64,000 nt of DNA, taken from positions 112,778,001-112,842,000 of the forward strand of contig NC_042998.1 in NCBI RefSeq assembly GCF_006345805.1, read 5' to 3'. Below are positions 50,847 through 63,444 of the stretch, in pieces. A program made the position numbers and the translations under genes. The DNA is from Octopus sinensis (Eukaryota). Position 1 is the first letter of the stretch, and every line of letters begins with the position of its first letter. The notes beneath the pieces were generated by a model. It did no database searches, was not told the origin of the DNA, and worked only from the letters and a program-made list of their open reading frames with translations.

Positions 50847-51078
50847 TGACGTAGTGGTTAAGAGCGCGGGCTACTAACCCAAAGATTCCAGTTTGATTCC
50901 AGGCAGTGACCTGAATAAGAAAAATAATAACATCGAAAAGTACCTTAGGAATTACCCAGGTTTGAAATTTCCCCAAGACGCCTGATGAAGGCTGGAGGGT
51001 GTATCAGCTGAAACGTGTTAACAAACAAGATGAGGACGAATATCCGTCAAATGTAAATAATGTAAATAATGCAAACAT
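50847..51078 (+). mobile_element. tRNA-headed SINE-like element with hammerhead-like segment (right copy)
   Basis: TGACGTAGTGGTTAAGAGCGCGGGCTACTAACCC...GTTTGATTCC...CTGATGAAGGCTG(N10)CAGCTGAAAC; head-to-head with the left copy, 8-nt spacer. Confidence 0.75.
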
Positions 51079-52400
51079 TTATTTGGGTTTTTTTTTAAAT
51101 TCATATATTTTTAAAACATTCACTAAAACATTTATCGAAGTTGATCTTTTCATGAACCATACAGAGTTAAACTTAAGTTGGAATTACTGTGAACCACACA
51201 GGTTCAAATTTAAATTGAACCAATCATGAACCTCACAGATTCATATAATTACCACTTGACTCTGATTTCTGAAAATTTAGAAAGAAAATAATCAAACACC
51301 CCTTAAGCATAACTGAACCAATGATCCATATAATCATTTCTTCTCTACATAAAGACTATATTTTGAACATTTTATAACCCCTGGCTCAAAGTTTAATTTT
51401 TACCTCTAATTATATTGTTCTAGTTTTTGACAGCATCCAAAAAAAATACCACACAACTAAAAAGCATTAAGTCACTCGCTGGAGTACCCTAGCCTCAAGA
51501 CCACAGACGCATTGTCTCTTCTCTTGGCATTTTCTACCGCTATTGTTATGGCCTTTGCTCCTCAGTGCTGGCTGGGTTCTTGGTCCACTCGTCTTCCTCT
51601 TCTCATCACTGTTATGTCCGACACCCAATGCTCCATACTAATTACTATTTCACAATTCTTGTCTTTCACGCAGTTGTTGACTAGCAACAGTTCGAGAACA
51701 TTAATAACATCACTCTCACCTGTCTAGGAAACCACGAGCACTGTCCATTCCTCTAGACTTAAAAAAATAAAACAAGTATTAATAAGTACTATATCAGGCA
51801 ATATAATTCCTGATGTACAAAAAGACAAGATGGACAGAGTAGATCTAGGACTAAATAACAATCTGTTGTTTTTGTGTCGTCGCTCGATTTGCTAGAAATG
51901 ACAACCATATTTTCCACGGATCATACATTCTTAAATTATAATTCAAAATTATTTCGATATACAAACTTATAAGAAACTATCTAGAATGCAGTACCTCTCA
52001 GACATAGTCTCCAATAAGTTTTCAACTTCCATAAAGAAAACATCTATGCCTTGACAGAAATTCAACATGTGTTTATTGATTTAAAATCTAGTTCTCAGTA
52101 ATAAGAGCATTTCAACACACTATTCTTTTAATATATAATATTTCTTGATCGCATAAAACTGATTATATTAAATATCATTGTTAATTGAATATAAGTGATC
52201 AATAGTATTACTATTTGATGAAATGGAAAAATATGAAGTCAAAAGATTACGGAAAAAATGTTTTCGGATGTTCGAGATAACATTTTCAAACAGTATTCAC
52301 CAATTGTAATTAAATGATATTAAATATATATATAGACTTACGGAGATGTACTCGCATAGCAAGTGATTTGATCTGAGATCGTGTGCTGGAACGAAAACAA

Positions 52401-52680
52401 TTGCAGCGTGGAAGGTGTTTGTAAGCCATTTAAGAAACACACAAAAGCCGTTCGATTCACTTCAACATTTAAGTTTAATTTGTCAAAATATTTTTGTCGC
52501 TATAAGACCGCGACCCGTTCACTGACAAAAATCCAAGATGCAGCACGGATTTTTGTCAGTGAACAGGTCGCGGTCTTATAGCGACAAAAATATTTTGACA
52601 AATTAAACTTAAATGTTGAAGTGAATCGAACGGCTTTTGTGTGTTTCTTAAATGGCTTACAAACACCTTCCACGCTGCAA
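52401..52680. repeat. Near-perfect palindrome, 134-bp arms, 12-bp spacer
   Basis: 52401-52534 is the reverse complement of 52547-52680 with one visible mismatch; spacer aagatgcagcac. Confidence 0.95.
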
Positions 52681-52730
52681 ATATATAGACGTTTACTTTT
52701 TATCATTAATAAACCCAAACAAAAACTTAC

Positions 52731-53180
52731 GTCAATTATTTTCAGGAATGAAAACTTTCAGACACGTTTCGATTTGTAATTAGTAGAAACACATGGTGCT
52801 ACGCTATTATATTGGTCCACAACACAAGCGACACTTTCTCACTCTCTTCACACTTTTCAGGTGTACGTTAGTTAGATTCTTAACTCCGTCCAGTCAGTGA
52901 ACTTACGAATTCTTCTCACTAATTGTTGCCGACGGAGACCACCAGTAATTTCCTCAGACTTCTGTTTTATCCTAAAGTAACTTATTTAAGTAAAATTTTA
53001 ATCCACCAGGGACAACTATTTCCTGGCACCGCTTAAACAAGGGAGATAATGAAACACGTGGTCTGAGTTTTATATCTATGTTGACATGAAAATATCGCAA
53101 TAGTTCTAAATATCTTTATATATATATATAAATTCAATGTTCTTTAGTGTAACCTTGCTGAATGTCCGATTTTCGTAGAT
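52731..53180. promoter_or_regulatory. Putative bidirectional promoter / 5'UTR exon region
   Basis: Lies between the NOL8 ATG (53181, +) and two strong minus-strand donors (|GTAAGT at 52730 and 52906) that could splice to the acceptor at 50516. No TSS data. Confidence 0.5.
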
Positions 53181-53310
53181 ATGGAAGAGCCGAAGCGACT
53201 ATTTATTGGTGGACTTTTTGATAATGTGACGGAATGTGAAATTAAAGATAGGTTCAAACATTTTGGTAAAGTATCCGAAGTAGAGATTCGAAAGAAAAAG
53301 GATGAATCAG
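53181..53310 (+). CDS. NOL8: Nucleolar protein 8, coding exon 1 (RRM start)
   Basis: MEEPKRLFIGGLFDNVTECEIKDRFKHFGKVSEVEIRKKKDES has an RNP2-like LFIGGL and matches the recalled NOL8 N-terminus (KRLYVGGL...F.RFG.VS.VEI...KD). Ends CAG|GTATGT, 130 nt, phase 1. Confidence 0.9.
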
Positions 53311-53774
53311 GTATGTTATGGCTAAAGCAACATAAATTACCGTTTTCCGATTCAGCAACTTTTTGTATAATCACTATATTTGCATGTTTATATTTTGTAT
53401 TCAGGTGATTTTTCGTTTTAGAAGTGACTAGTGGATATGAGGTAAATTTTCCTGGTAACATTCTCCATGTAATCTAATAACTATTTCTATTGACCTAACA
53501 GCTAAGTAAACTGATAGAATAAAGTATTTTAGTCAGAAACACATGGAAGCTGTGGCAGTGTATTTCATCTTATAACCTATGGGCATAGTTTCGGTTGTAG
53601 TGACATGCGAAACTTCGCCAACCTATGAATAACCAATCTAGATATTCAACTTAAGTGCCTTGACACTCAACCAAAAAGGCGTGTGAAAACTTCAACGTTT
53701 GCATAGATTTTCAACTAAATTATCAATAATAAACACAAGTAATTAAGTGTAGTGAAATCTAGAATTTATCTATA

Positions 53775-54630
53775 TGAGGTCTGATCAATGAGTGTCCGAA
53801 CTGTTGCTATAGTAACGAAGCTAAAGCATGCAGAGTAGAGTCGCTTGGCAAAGATTGACCATGTGCTGTGCATGCGCATTAAGTTTTAACGTTCTAGCTC
53901 GCTTCTGCTGCTCACAACAGTGCTTGGAAGGAACGTGTGTAGCGTGTGACCGTCGCATTGACCATGACAGAGAAAGTTGTCATGGCGATACCTGCTCAGA
54001 GGCTCATTCTAAGTTGAAGAAAGTGTATGAAGTGGGGCGTATGAGCCGCACACGAGTGTACGAATAGTTCAGACATTTCCAAGATGGCCAAAACATGACG
54101 ATATTGACAAACGTTCTGGGAGACGTGCAACCAGCAGAACTGAGAAAAACATCACAGCTTTGAGGGTAAATCATTGAATCACCATCAGTGAGTTATCAGA
54201 GAATGTGCAGATTAGTTGTGATTCAGTTCAGTCCATTATCATTGAAGATTTGGGTATGAAATGCATGTCTGTCAAGCTTGTGCCAAAACTGCTTTCAGCT
54301 GACCAAAAGGAGACTCTTGTCTCAGTTGCACAAGATCTCCGAGAACGAAAACTTTGCGTAGGGTTTCTAGGCAGGTATCGCCAAGCTTTTGGCAGAATTT
54401 GATGCAGATTCTCTGCTCAATTCTCTCTGTCGTGGTCAATGCGACAATCACACGTTACACACCTCCCTTCCAAGCACTGCTGTTTACACACTGCAGAGGT
54501 GAGCTAGGATGTTAAAACTTAGTGCACATGCACAGCAGAGTTTAAGGTCATTCTGTACCAAGTAGCTTTACATTGTGTGCTTTAGCTTCATTACTGTGGC
54601 AACAGTCTGGATACCTATTGATTGACCACA
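53775..54630 (+). mobile_element. Internally deleted mariner-like element in NOL8 intron 1
   Basis: Long imperfect TIRs (tg(a/t)ggtc..atcaat..gt.tcc..actgttgc..agtaa.gaagctaaagca), TA flanks; HTH remnant KLKKVYEVG.MSRTRVYE.FRHFQDG. Confidence 0.8.
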
Positions 54631-56498
54631 TATATAAAATCAACAGTAAAAAGCAGGAAGTAACAAAAGGGAAACAGCAGAATAAATAATCAAAATAGAG
54701 GTATGCGATTCCATCTAATTTATACATCTTATGAGGAGTAACTGCTATTTTTCTCTAAAACATTAATGGCATTACAGTGGATGGTTGTAAGGCTGAGGTG
54801 CATAGAATAGCCAGGCAATCTCCTAGGTATCATCTGATATGTCAGTGATGCAGGTCACCAATGAAATGAAAAACTCTCTTGTCACTAGCCCAATACCCAC
54901 CAAGGTCTCAAAAACCATAAGCTGGAAAACCCTCATCTCCATTACTACATAAAGCATATGTGATGGAATTGAAAGGCAAAGTGTGAATCCATCAGGCTTC
55001 CTTTTGATTATTTTCTTTTTTTCCATCTTTTACATTATGTAAATTATGATTTAACCATTTAGTATTCAGCTTACTCTGTCAGGTATAATATTTATTTAAT
55101 CACATTTTATAAAATTAATCCTGTATTATTTTCAGCTTAGATATTTCAAAGATATGATCGTTTATTTTCAGAATGACATTGCAGGGTCAGTGTGAGAGGC
55201 CTGATCTGGTTAGTTTTATCTTAAAACAAGTAGAATATTTGAACTGTATATAGCCATTTTAAATGATGAAGAGTTAAAGCCATTCTTCTACCTGCCTCTA
55301 ATTATCCCATCTTTTTATCCAGACTTAAAATATTTAGGATAACATTCAATATTCCGTCTTTTTCTAAGACATAAGTGTAATAATGAAATAACAACAGAGA
55401 ATTATCCATATCAGATTGAAAGCTAGTTTATGTTGTTGATCTTTTACATCTAATTCGGTATCAAATTACTTGAATCAGAAATGACTTAGCAGAAAGGAGT
55501 TCCATCTGGATTAGAGTTGACAATAAGCAGAATGTTGAAACAAATGTCAGTGTGGAACAGCTGGACTTCCTACAGGAGTTTGACATTAATCACAGAAGCA
55601 AATTCACATGATCAGCAGATTGTGTGTTTTGCAAAAATAAGAATATGAATAGTTAGGATTGAAATCGAAATCAAATTCGATGACTGACATCTGTGCTAGT
55701 GGAGCGCTAAGAGCATGATCGTTGCCAGAGCAGCAAACTGGCTTCCGTGTCGGTGGCACGTAAAAAACACCATTCAAGCGTGATCATTACCAGTGTTGCT
55801 TTACTGGCACGTGAAAAGAACATTCAAGCGAGGTTGTTGCCAGTGCCGCTGGACTGGCTCCTGTGCAGGTGGCACATAAAAAACACCATTTGAGCGTGGG
55901 CATTGCCAGTACTGCTTGACTGGCCCTCGTGCCAGTGACACGTAAAAGCACCCACTACACTCTTGGAGTGGTTGGCGTTAGGAAGGGCATCCAGCTGTAG
56001 AAAGTCTGCCAAATCAGATTGGAGCCTGGTGGTGCAGCCATTTGGTTCACCAGTCCTTAGTCAAATCGTCCAACCCATGCTAGCATGGAAAGCGGATGTT
56101 AAACGATGATGATGAATTAAAACAAAAGTTTATGTTTGAGTTGGACAAACTCACTGCTATGTCCTTCTACTGATGGAGGCTCTACCTAGTCACATGGTCT
56201 GCTTGAAATAGTAGCAAAATCACATCTTACTATCTTAAATAAAGAAGGATACATTGAACAGTATGGTTTTAGATATATAAAAAGTGATTGTCATGACTGG
56301 AATACCTTTGATCAAAGATCAGGTCAGTCAATGCTGATCTGGAGCTGAACAACTTCAGTTTGTCACCTTCTCTCTTATTTAAACTCCCATTATTAGTTAA
56401 TCAGCCAACCTGCCTGAGCCTAAATTAAAATACTTTGTAACAATCTTTATTGTACGTTACTATCGGTTGTAATATTTTCTTCATATTTCTCTTCATAG

Positions 56499-56561
56499 GT
56501 AAACCAATAAAGACTTTTGCCTATATCAATATAAACACTACAGATGAAAAACTGAAATCTT
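56499..56561 (+). CDS. NOL8: NOL8 coding exon 2
   Basis: ttctcttcatag| acceptor and |GTAAGT donor; 63 nt, phase 1 to 1; (G)KPIKTFAYININTTDEKLKS, with RNP1-like FAYINI as in NOL8. Confidence 0.9.
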
Positions 56562-58870
56562 GTAAGTAATGTATATTATTTTTACTCACCAAGTAAAATA
56601 TAATACCAGTCAAATACTGGAATCAATCTAATCAACTCTAGCCTTCCCCCTATCTATTTCTACACTGATTTCTTGGTGATGGTGGCAGCAGTATTATTAT
56701 TATTATTATTATTATCAATAGAAAAGGCAGCAAGCTAACAGAATCGTTAGCATGCTGGGTAAAATGCTTTACGGCATTTCATCCATCTTTACATTCTGTG
56801 TTCAAATTCTGCCAAGGACAACTTTGCCTTTCATACTTTTGAGGTTGATAAAATAAGTACCAGTTGAGCACTGGGATTGATGTAATCGACTTGCCCACTT
56901 CCCTGAAATAGCTGGCCTTATGCCAAAAATTTCAAAACCAATATTATTATCAGGAGGTGGCAAGCTGGCAGAATCGTTAGCACGTCAGGCAAAATGCTTA
57001 GCAGTATTTCGCCCATCGCTTCGAGGTCAACTTTCACTTTCATCCTTTCGGAATCAGTTAAATAAGTACCAGTTACATACAGGGCTCAATGTAATTAACT
57101 TAATCCCCCCCCACAAGCTGCCTTTATGGGAAAAATTTGAACTCATTATTATTATTATTATTATTAGAAGGAAGAGGCTGATAGATTGACAATTTTTAGA
57201 GCATTTGACTAAATAACTAGTGGTGTAGATCAACTTTACCTGCCATGCTTCCCAGTTTGATAAAACAAATATCAGTAAGGCACTGAGGTCAATATTAAAT
57301 CAACTATAAACTCTGCTCCCAAATATTTATAGCTCTGTGACTGTATTTAAAATCATTGTCATTTCTAAAATTAAGTGACATAGTGCATGGCAGGGGGTTA
57401 AGTTGTTGAACTTCTGACCATATCACCATGTGTTTAAACTTTGCTACTGTTATGTCCCTTTGAGCGAGATATATGTACACCTCTTTACTCCAGTTTATCT
57501 GATATAGAGCAGGTTCCATTTACCTCATAGATGAATGATCTAAAAACAATTGCTCCACCAAGTAAACCATGTCACCAGGCGAATACAGACAAATGTATGT
57601 AAAACTGTTAGAGAAATGAAATAGATTCTAAGATAGAAAAGTTGGATACTTTCTTTTCCTTGTAATAAGTCCTTAGCCTTCATCCTGGTTATTACACATT
57701 TAGCCTAGTTTCCTGGGTCACAGTGGAGGTAGTAAAATGTTGTGCATTAGTAGATGTGCCAGTAGAAGAGTTGTTTGGCAAAAAGTGCCCATCATTTTTT
57801 GCCAGAGTTCCCAAATTAATGTAGGAAAAATAGGAAGACTCCTGGATTGATCTTAAACAAGAATTATGGCCAAGAATATTCACAACAGAGCAAACACTAC
57901 CCAGAGGTCATGTAGTGGTGTTGAACCAGGTGACAAATTATGTCTACAACAATCAAGAGACAGTAGAGTTTTGAAGGTCGACTACCAGAAATAAACAAAT
58001 CTTGTAAATAACCAACTGGTGATTCACTGCATCATTTGAAGAATGATGACCATCACCAATTGGTATTCATTCTAAAATATCTAAGATTGGGGTAATTGAG
58101 ACAATAATCTTTACCTTATAAGGCTGAATGTAACTGTTCAGGTTAACAACAGTCTTCTTTGTTTTAGTGAATGAGGACCAAGACACATAGTGCTTTGTTG
58201 TACTCAAGAAGACCTGCCCACTACAACAGAATCGAGATCCTAAAACCAAGGTGCTACATAAAAAGTATTGGTGTGGGTACTGGTGCTGGCACCACATAAA
58301 ATGCACCCAGTGTAATCTAAATGCTTATGTTGCTGCTTAACTCCAGGTCAGACCTGATCTAGCATTAAGAAGGGCATCCAGCCATAGAAACCTAGCCAAA
58401 ATAGACTACGGAACTTGATGCTGCCCCTAGCATTGCCAGTTCTTCTCAAGCCAGCCAACCCATGCTAGCATGGAAAATGGACTTTAACTGTTGATGATGA
58501 ATGTGAAAATATGGTAATGGGGTCGGGATTAATGTTAGAGAAATCTTGACCAACTACAGCAGTGCCACATTGACTTTGTTGTAAGAAGATAAATGTATTC
58601 TGTCCGATAAATTCTTTGATGCTAATCTAAATGCTTATGCTGCTGCTTAACTCCAGGTCAGACCTGATCTAGACCTTTGATCAAAGATCTTACAGTAGTG
58701 AGCATCCTATCTTTTATTGAGACATAGTTTACCTATGACTGTATTTTGCAGTATGTACTTTGTTTATAAGACATAAGTGTATGATGTCAAGGTGGTTTAG
58801 CTGCTCTATCTGGAAAGTCAGGCAGCTATGTGGAGGAGCTCATTAGCTCATAATCTGTTTTATTTTATAG

Positions 58871-58949
58871 GTATGAAGGCATTGAATTGTACAAAGTGGC
58901 GGTCTCATGAAATGAAAATTGAAATAGCTAAGCCAAGTTCTTACCATAA
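58871..58949 (+). CDS. NOL8: NOL8 coding exon 3
   Basis: tattttatag| and |GTAAGT; 79 nt, phase 1 to 2; (C)MKALNCTKWRSHEMKIEIAKPSSYH, similar to recalled CMSVLNKTKWKGGTLQIQLAKESFLH. Confidence 0.88.
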
Positions 58950-59836
58950 GTAAGTATCTTTCTAATCTCAGTTTAATATTCATCATTCCTTAATGTCTGT
59001 TTTTCACATTGGCATGGTTTGGACGGTTTGACCAGAGCTGACAAGCCAGAGAACTGCACCAGGTTCCAGTCTGATTTGACTTGATTTCTATACCTGGATG
59101 CCCTTCCTAACGTCAACCACTTTACAGTGTGTGCTGGGTGTTTTTAACATGGCACCAGCACAGGATTCTTGTAAGCCAATCTTCTTCACCAGAGGATATG
59201 GCCTTAACACTTCTGTTGTGGAGTGCAGGTCTTCTTGCAAAGGCAGTGAGCTGGCAGAATTGTTATCATTCATGACAAAATGCTTAGTTGCATTTCTTCC
59301 AACATTGCATTCTGAGTTCAGGTGCTGCCATGGTCAGCTTTGCCTTTCATCCTTATAAAATAAGTATCTGTTGTACCAGAGGGATCAATGTAATCAACTT
59401 ATCCCCTTTCCCAAAATTAAAAACATGTCTAAGCATAAATCTGTCCATGTCTGAAGGACTAAGGAGAAATATTACCTTGCTTGGAAAAACGGTGAGGTTT
59501 GATGACTGAAAGAGTGTCTGACCATGGAAGAATGGAAATGCAGACATTAAAACGATGATGAGGTTGAATTTTATTCTGGGTTTGAGATTAAGTAAGATAT
59601 TGGACTACTGACTATGTGGTCATGTGTTCAAACCTTACTATTGCAATCACCCCAGATCCAACTCTTTTGACCCCATTGATAGATTTGATTGAGAAAAATC
59701 AAAAAAATCAACTCACTTAAGTTTTCTATGCTCATGCTAGAGTTATGAGTCGATAATTGTTCTTTTTATATATTTATTTATATATATATATAATAAATTA
59801 TAAGACAACTAATAGCATATTTCTGTTTTATTACAG

Positions 59837-59987
59837 CTTGTTAAAAGCTATTGCTGAACAGAAAAGACAGCTGACAGAAAAGGAACCAGAGGAAATGGAG
59901 GTATCATCAAATGCAGGTTCTGATGTAAAATGGTCCAATAAAACCTTCCGTAATGCCAGATTAAGAAGGGAAGTTCCTGACAAGAAG
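59837..59987 (+). CDS. NOL8: NOL8 coding exon 4
   Basis: ttttattacag| and AAG|GTATTT; 151 nt, phase 2 to 0; LLKAIAEQKRQLTEKEPEEMEVSSNAGSDVKWSNKTFRNARLRREVPDKK; frame continues from exon 3. Later exons not seen before 64000. Confidence 0.8.
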
Positions 59988-62900
59988 GTATTTTAAGTTT
60001 ATTAATAATATGAAGAAGTAAGAAGTATGTTGTTTTTTTTTGAAAGGTTTCATGAGGATCTTTTCCAAAAAGTTATTTTCCTTCTTGTCCATCATCATAG
60101 ATTTTACATCCACTTTTCTTACTACGCAGAACTATTTCACTTGTTTTCCATCATTCTTATTACTGTCCTTTCCACTAACACATTACATTGATCACTCTCA
60201 ACTACACATCATCTCAATCTCTCTCTCTTTTTCTCATCCATCCCCTGTTTGTTGTACCATTATTATTATTGTATTGCTCTTCTCTCCCAGCCCATACCTT
60301 TTTCTGCAGTGTCAGTTATTTCTTACTCCTCTCTAGCTCCCCACATCACCTCATATCCACTATTCAACCTAGATTCAATAGTTGTCACCTAGTCTCCCCA
60401 CTTATCATTCCTTAATGCCTGTTCTTCCTTATATTCACCCCTCACCCATTCCCCATCTGTAACCATCTGCTCTCCCATATACTCTTGAAAATTCCACCCA
60501 CTCATTTTTACTCACCTCATATGTTGAGGATCCACCTTGTCAACACTGTTTTATCTCTTTCCAGCTCCACCCAAGTCACTTCCCACCTCTTTTCTATAAT
60601 ATGGGTAGCCTCTATAGCAAGAAACCTGTTTTGTTCTGGCCCCTTCTCACATACTTTAACCTCTTATCTCCTAGTATCAAGCCACCTCCCTCACTACTGT
60701 AACCTCGCTCATTCAAAGAGCATCTTAGTCTTCCAAACTGCATTGTATCTCCTCAGTGCTGATGCCACAAGAAAAAAGCACTCAGTACACTCTGTAAACT
60801 GGTTGATGTTAGGAAGACCATACAACCATAGAAGCCATTCCAAAGCTGACATTGGAGCACAATGCAATCCTCACACCCACTGGTTTCTGCCGACCCAAGC
60901 AAGCATGGAACATGTGCATTAAATGATAACAATCATTTTCTAGACTTGCATGGATCGGATGGAATTCATTGAGGCAGATTTTCCATGACTAGATGCCCTA
61001 CCTGTTGCCCACCTTCACTTGTTTCTAAGCAAGGTAAGATTTCCCATGACCAGACAAGTTTTCAGTGAAAAACTCAAAACAAACATTATCACTTGTATGA
61101 TGGTGATGCTCATTCAGAACCATCATGTGATGTCAAGACACACACACCACACACACACATATATATATATAAATATGCATAAATACAATGGACTGTTTTC
61201 AGGCAAACCAATAATAATATATTACTATTGTTTTTCCAGGATTGGGTCAAGTATAAACAAGCACTTCCAATAATGAGAATCCGCCAAAACAGATGGAAAA
61301 TATCCTTTCAGTTAACTATTTTCTTTTTAAGGTTTATTTTGCTATGGCTATTTGTTATTCAAGTTTTCTAATGAAGCATATTGGTGTTGCTAAAACACAA
61401 AATACTTTTTAACTTATAACAGTAGTATTTGGATACATTAATTTCTCTCAGTGAAAACACTTCTAATCCTTCATTCAAGTAACTGGAGATTATTTTTATC
61501 TCAAAGAGTTTTCTTCCGAGGTCACTATATTGGTATTTGGCTGGTCAAAAATAGGATTGTAATTGATGTATATTACCAATCTTATTTCCGCCTCAACTGG
61601 AAGATGAAGCCATGAATATCTCATCTTATATTCAAAGCGTGTCTAAGACTACATAATCCAATGTGTACTTTTTTTCTGAAGATAGTGGGATATGATTTGA
61701 GGGAAATTTTGCTGTTATTTCTAGCAAGTTCAGTGATTGCAGAGAGGTTCCCTCGTGTATGTATATTTGATAATAAACTTCAGTTTGCAGCTCTGCATTT
61801 GATTATGCAGTGTGATAAGTAAACATTATACAGGAACTTGTGTGCATGCACACACATACACTACAGTTCTGCACAGTTTCTGTCGACCAAATTCACTCAC
61901 AATGCAATGAGATTGAACTCAAACCATGTGTTTCGGAAGTAAACTTCTTAACTACACTACCCTGGGTCTAAAGACAATGTTGACTTTGACATAATCTAAA
62001 ACTCAGAATGTAAAGAGGCCACATGACATTTTCTCCAAATGATTTTGCTAATCAACTGCCCAACTCATGGCAACATGGAAAGCACATGTAAAATGATGAG
62101 GATGGTTATATGTAAACACATACACACACATATATTAGTGATATGCTGTGCTTGAGAAGACACATCAAGCCAAGTGAAATCATAGTTGTGGCCAATGCCA
62201 GTATCGTGTAACTGACACCATAAAAAGCACCCATTACATTCTTGGAGTGGTTGGTGTTTTAGGAAGGGCATCCAGCCATAGAAACCATGCCAAATCAGAT
62301 TGGGATCTGGTGCAGCTTACCAATTTCAGTCAAACTGTTTAACCCATGCCAGTATGGAAAGCTGATGCTAAATGATGATGATATATATATGTATATTATA
62401 TCCTTCCCTAATGATATGATAAATACAGTTGAAGTTAAACTTGAATTTCTCAGTTTTTAATCCCATCTACATTTCTAAAACTTCAGAAATTGTTCTCATG
62501 AAAATATTTTAAAAGTGAAAATGTTTGATTCATTCCAGAGTTTGCAAGTTCCCATTGATATTGATTTCTTACATATAAGCAGAAAGACTCTAGTTTAAAT
62601 TTGGGTTGTGTTGAATGCTCTTCTCTCTCATCCCAAATGATATCCCACTGATATTTACATGTTTGAAGTATCAGCATTACTAAAAATGATATTAAGATAG
62701 CAAGCTGGCACAATCATTATCACACTGGACAAGATGCTAAATGGCATTTCTCCCTGCTTTTTACATTACAAGCTCAACTTTGCCTGTTATCTTTTTAGAG
62801 TTGATAAAATAAGTACCAGTTGAACACTTGGGTCAACGTAATTGAATTTTCCCTTTGTTCAAAATTGCTAGCCTTGTGCCAAAACTTGAAACATTAAAAA

Positions 62901-63444
62901 TATTATTTTCTATGGTTGCTGCTTTTAAAAACACTTGCTTTCTGTTTCATATCTTAATAATATTGTTTTGATTGAGTCAGTTTTACTGATTTCACCATAT
63001 AATAATAATAATGATAATGAAATTATTGTGTATAGTGCTCAGGTGCACTACAACTCATCAAAAGTGCATGTACAGTACATAGAATTATGTACAAAAGGCA
63101 GGAAAGTCATGATATACATGTGTGCATGCATATGGAGGCAGGATATTGGGTGTAGTGTTGGCAAATTTCAGGAAGCATGGAAATTTTAAAGGATGCAATG
63201 TCTCAGCAACTAACAACTGATGCAGGTAGTTTGTTCCATGCTTCAGCAACTCTGAGTGTGAAAGAATGTTTCTGAAGTCATGGGAGCTGTGCTGTTTTCT
63301 GACTTTGTAGGCATGCTCATGTGACACATGGAGCTCAAAAAGGTGCTCAAGGTGGTTGTTGGTGCAATGGTTAATGTTTTTGTCCATGTGGGGTCAACAC
63401 CCTAGGGTCAACCTTGCACACGTTTCTATGCATCTAGAGTCTTT

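Noticed and set aside
51470-51725. Extra coding exon of either gene
   Set aside because: Stops or poor splice context in the relevant frames; looks like an old LINE-derived fragment, too decayed to classify.
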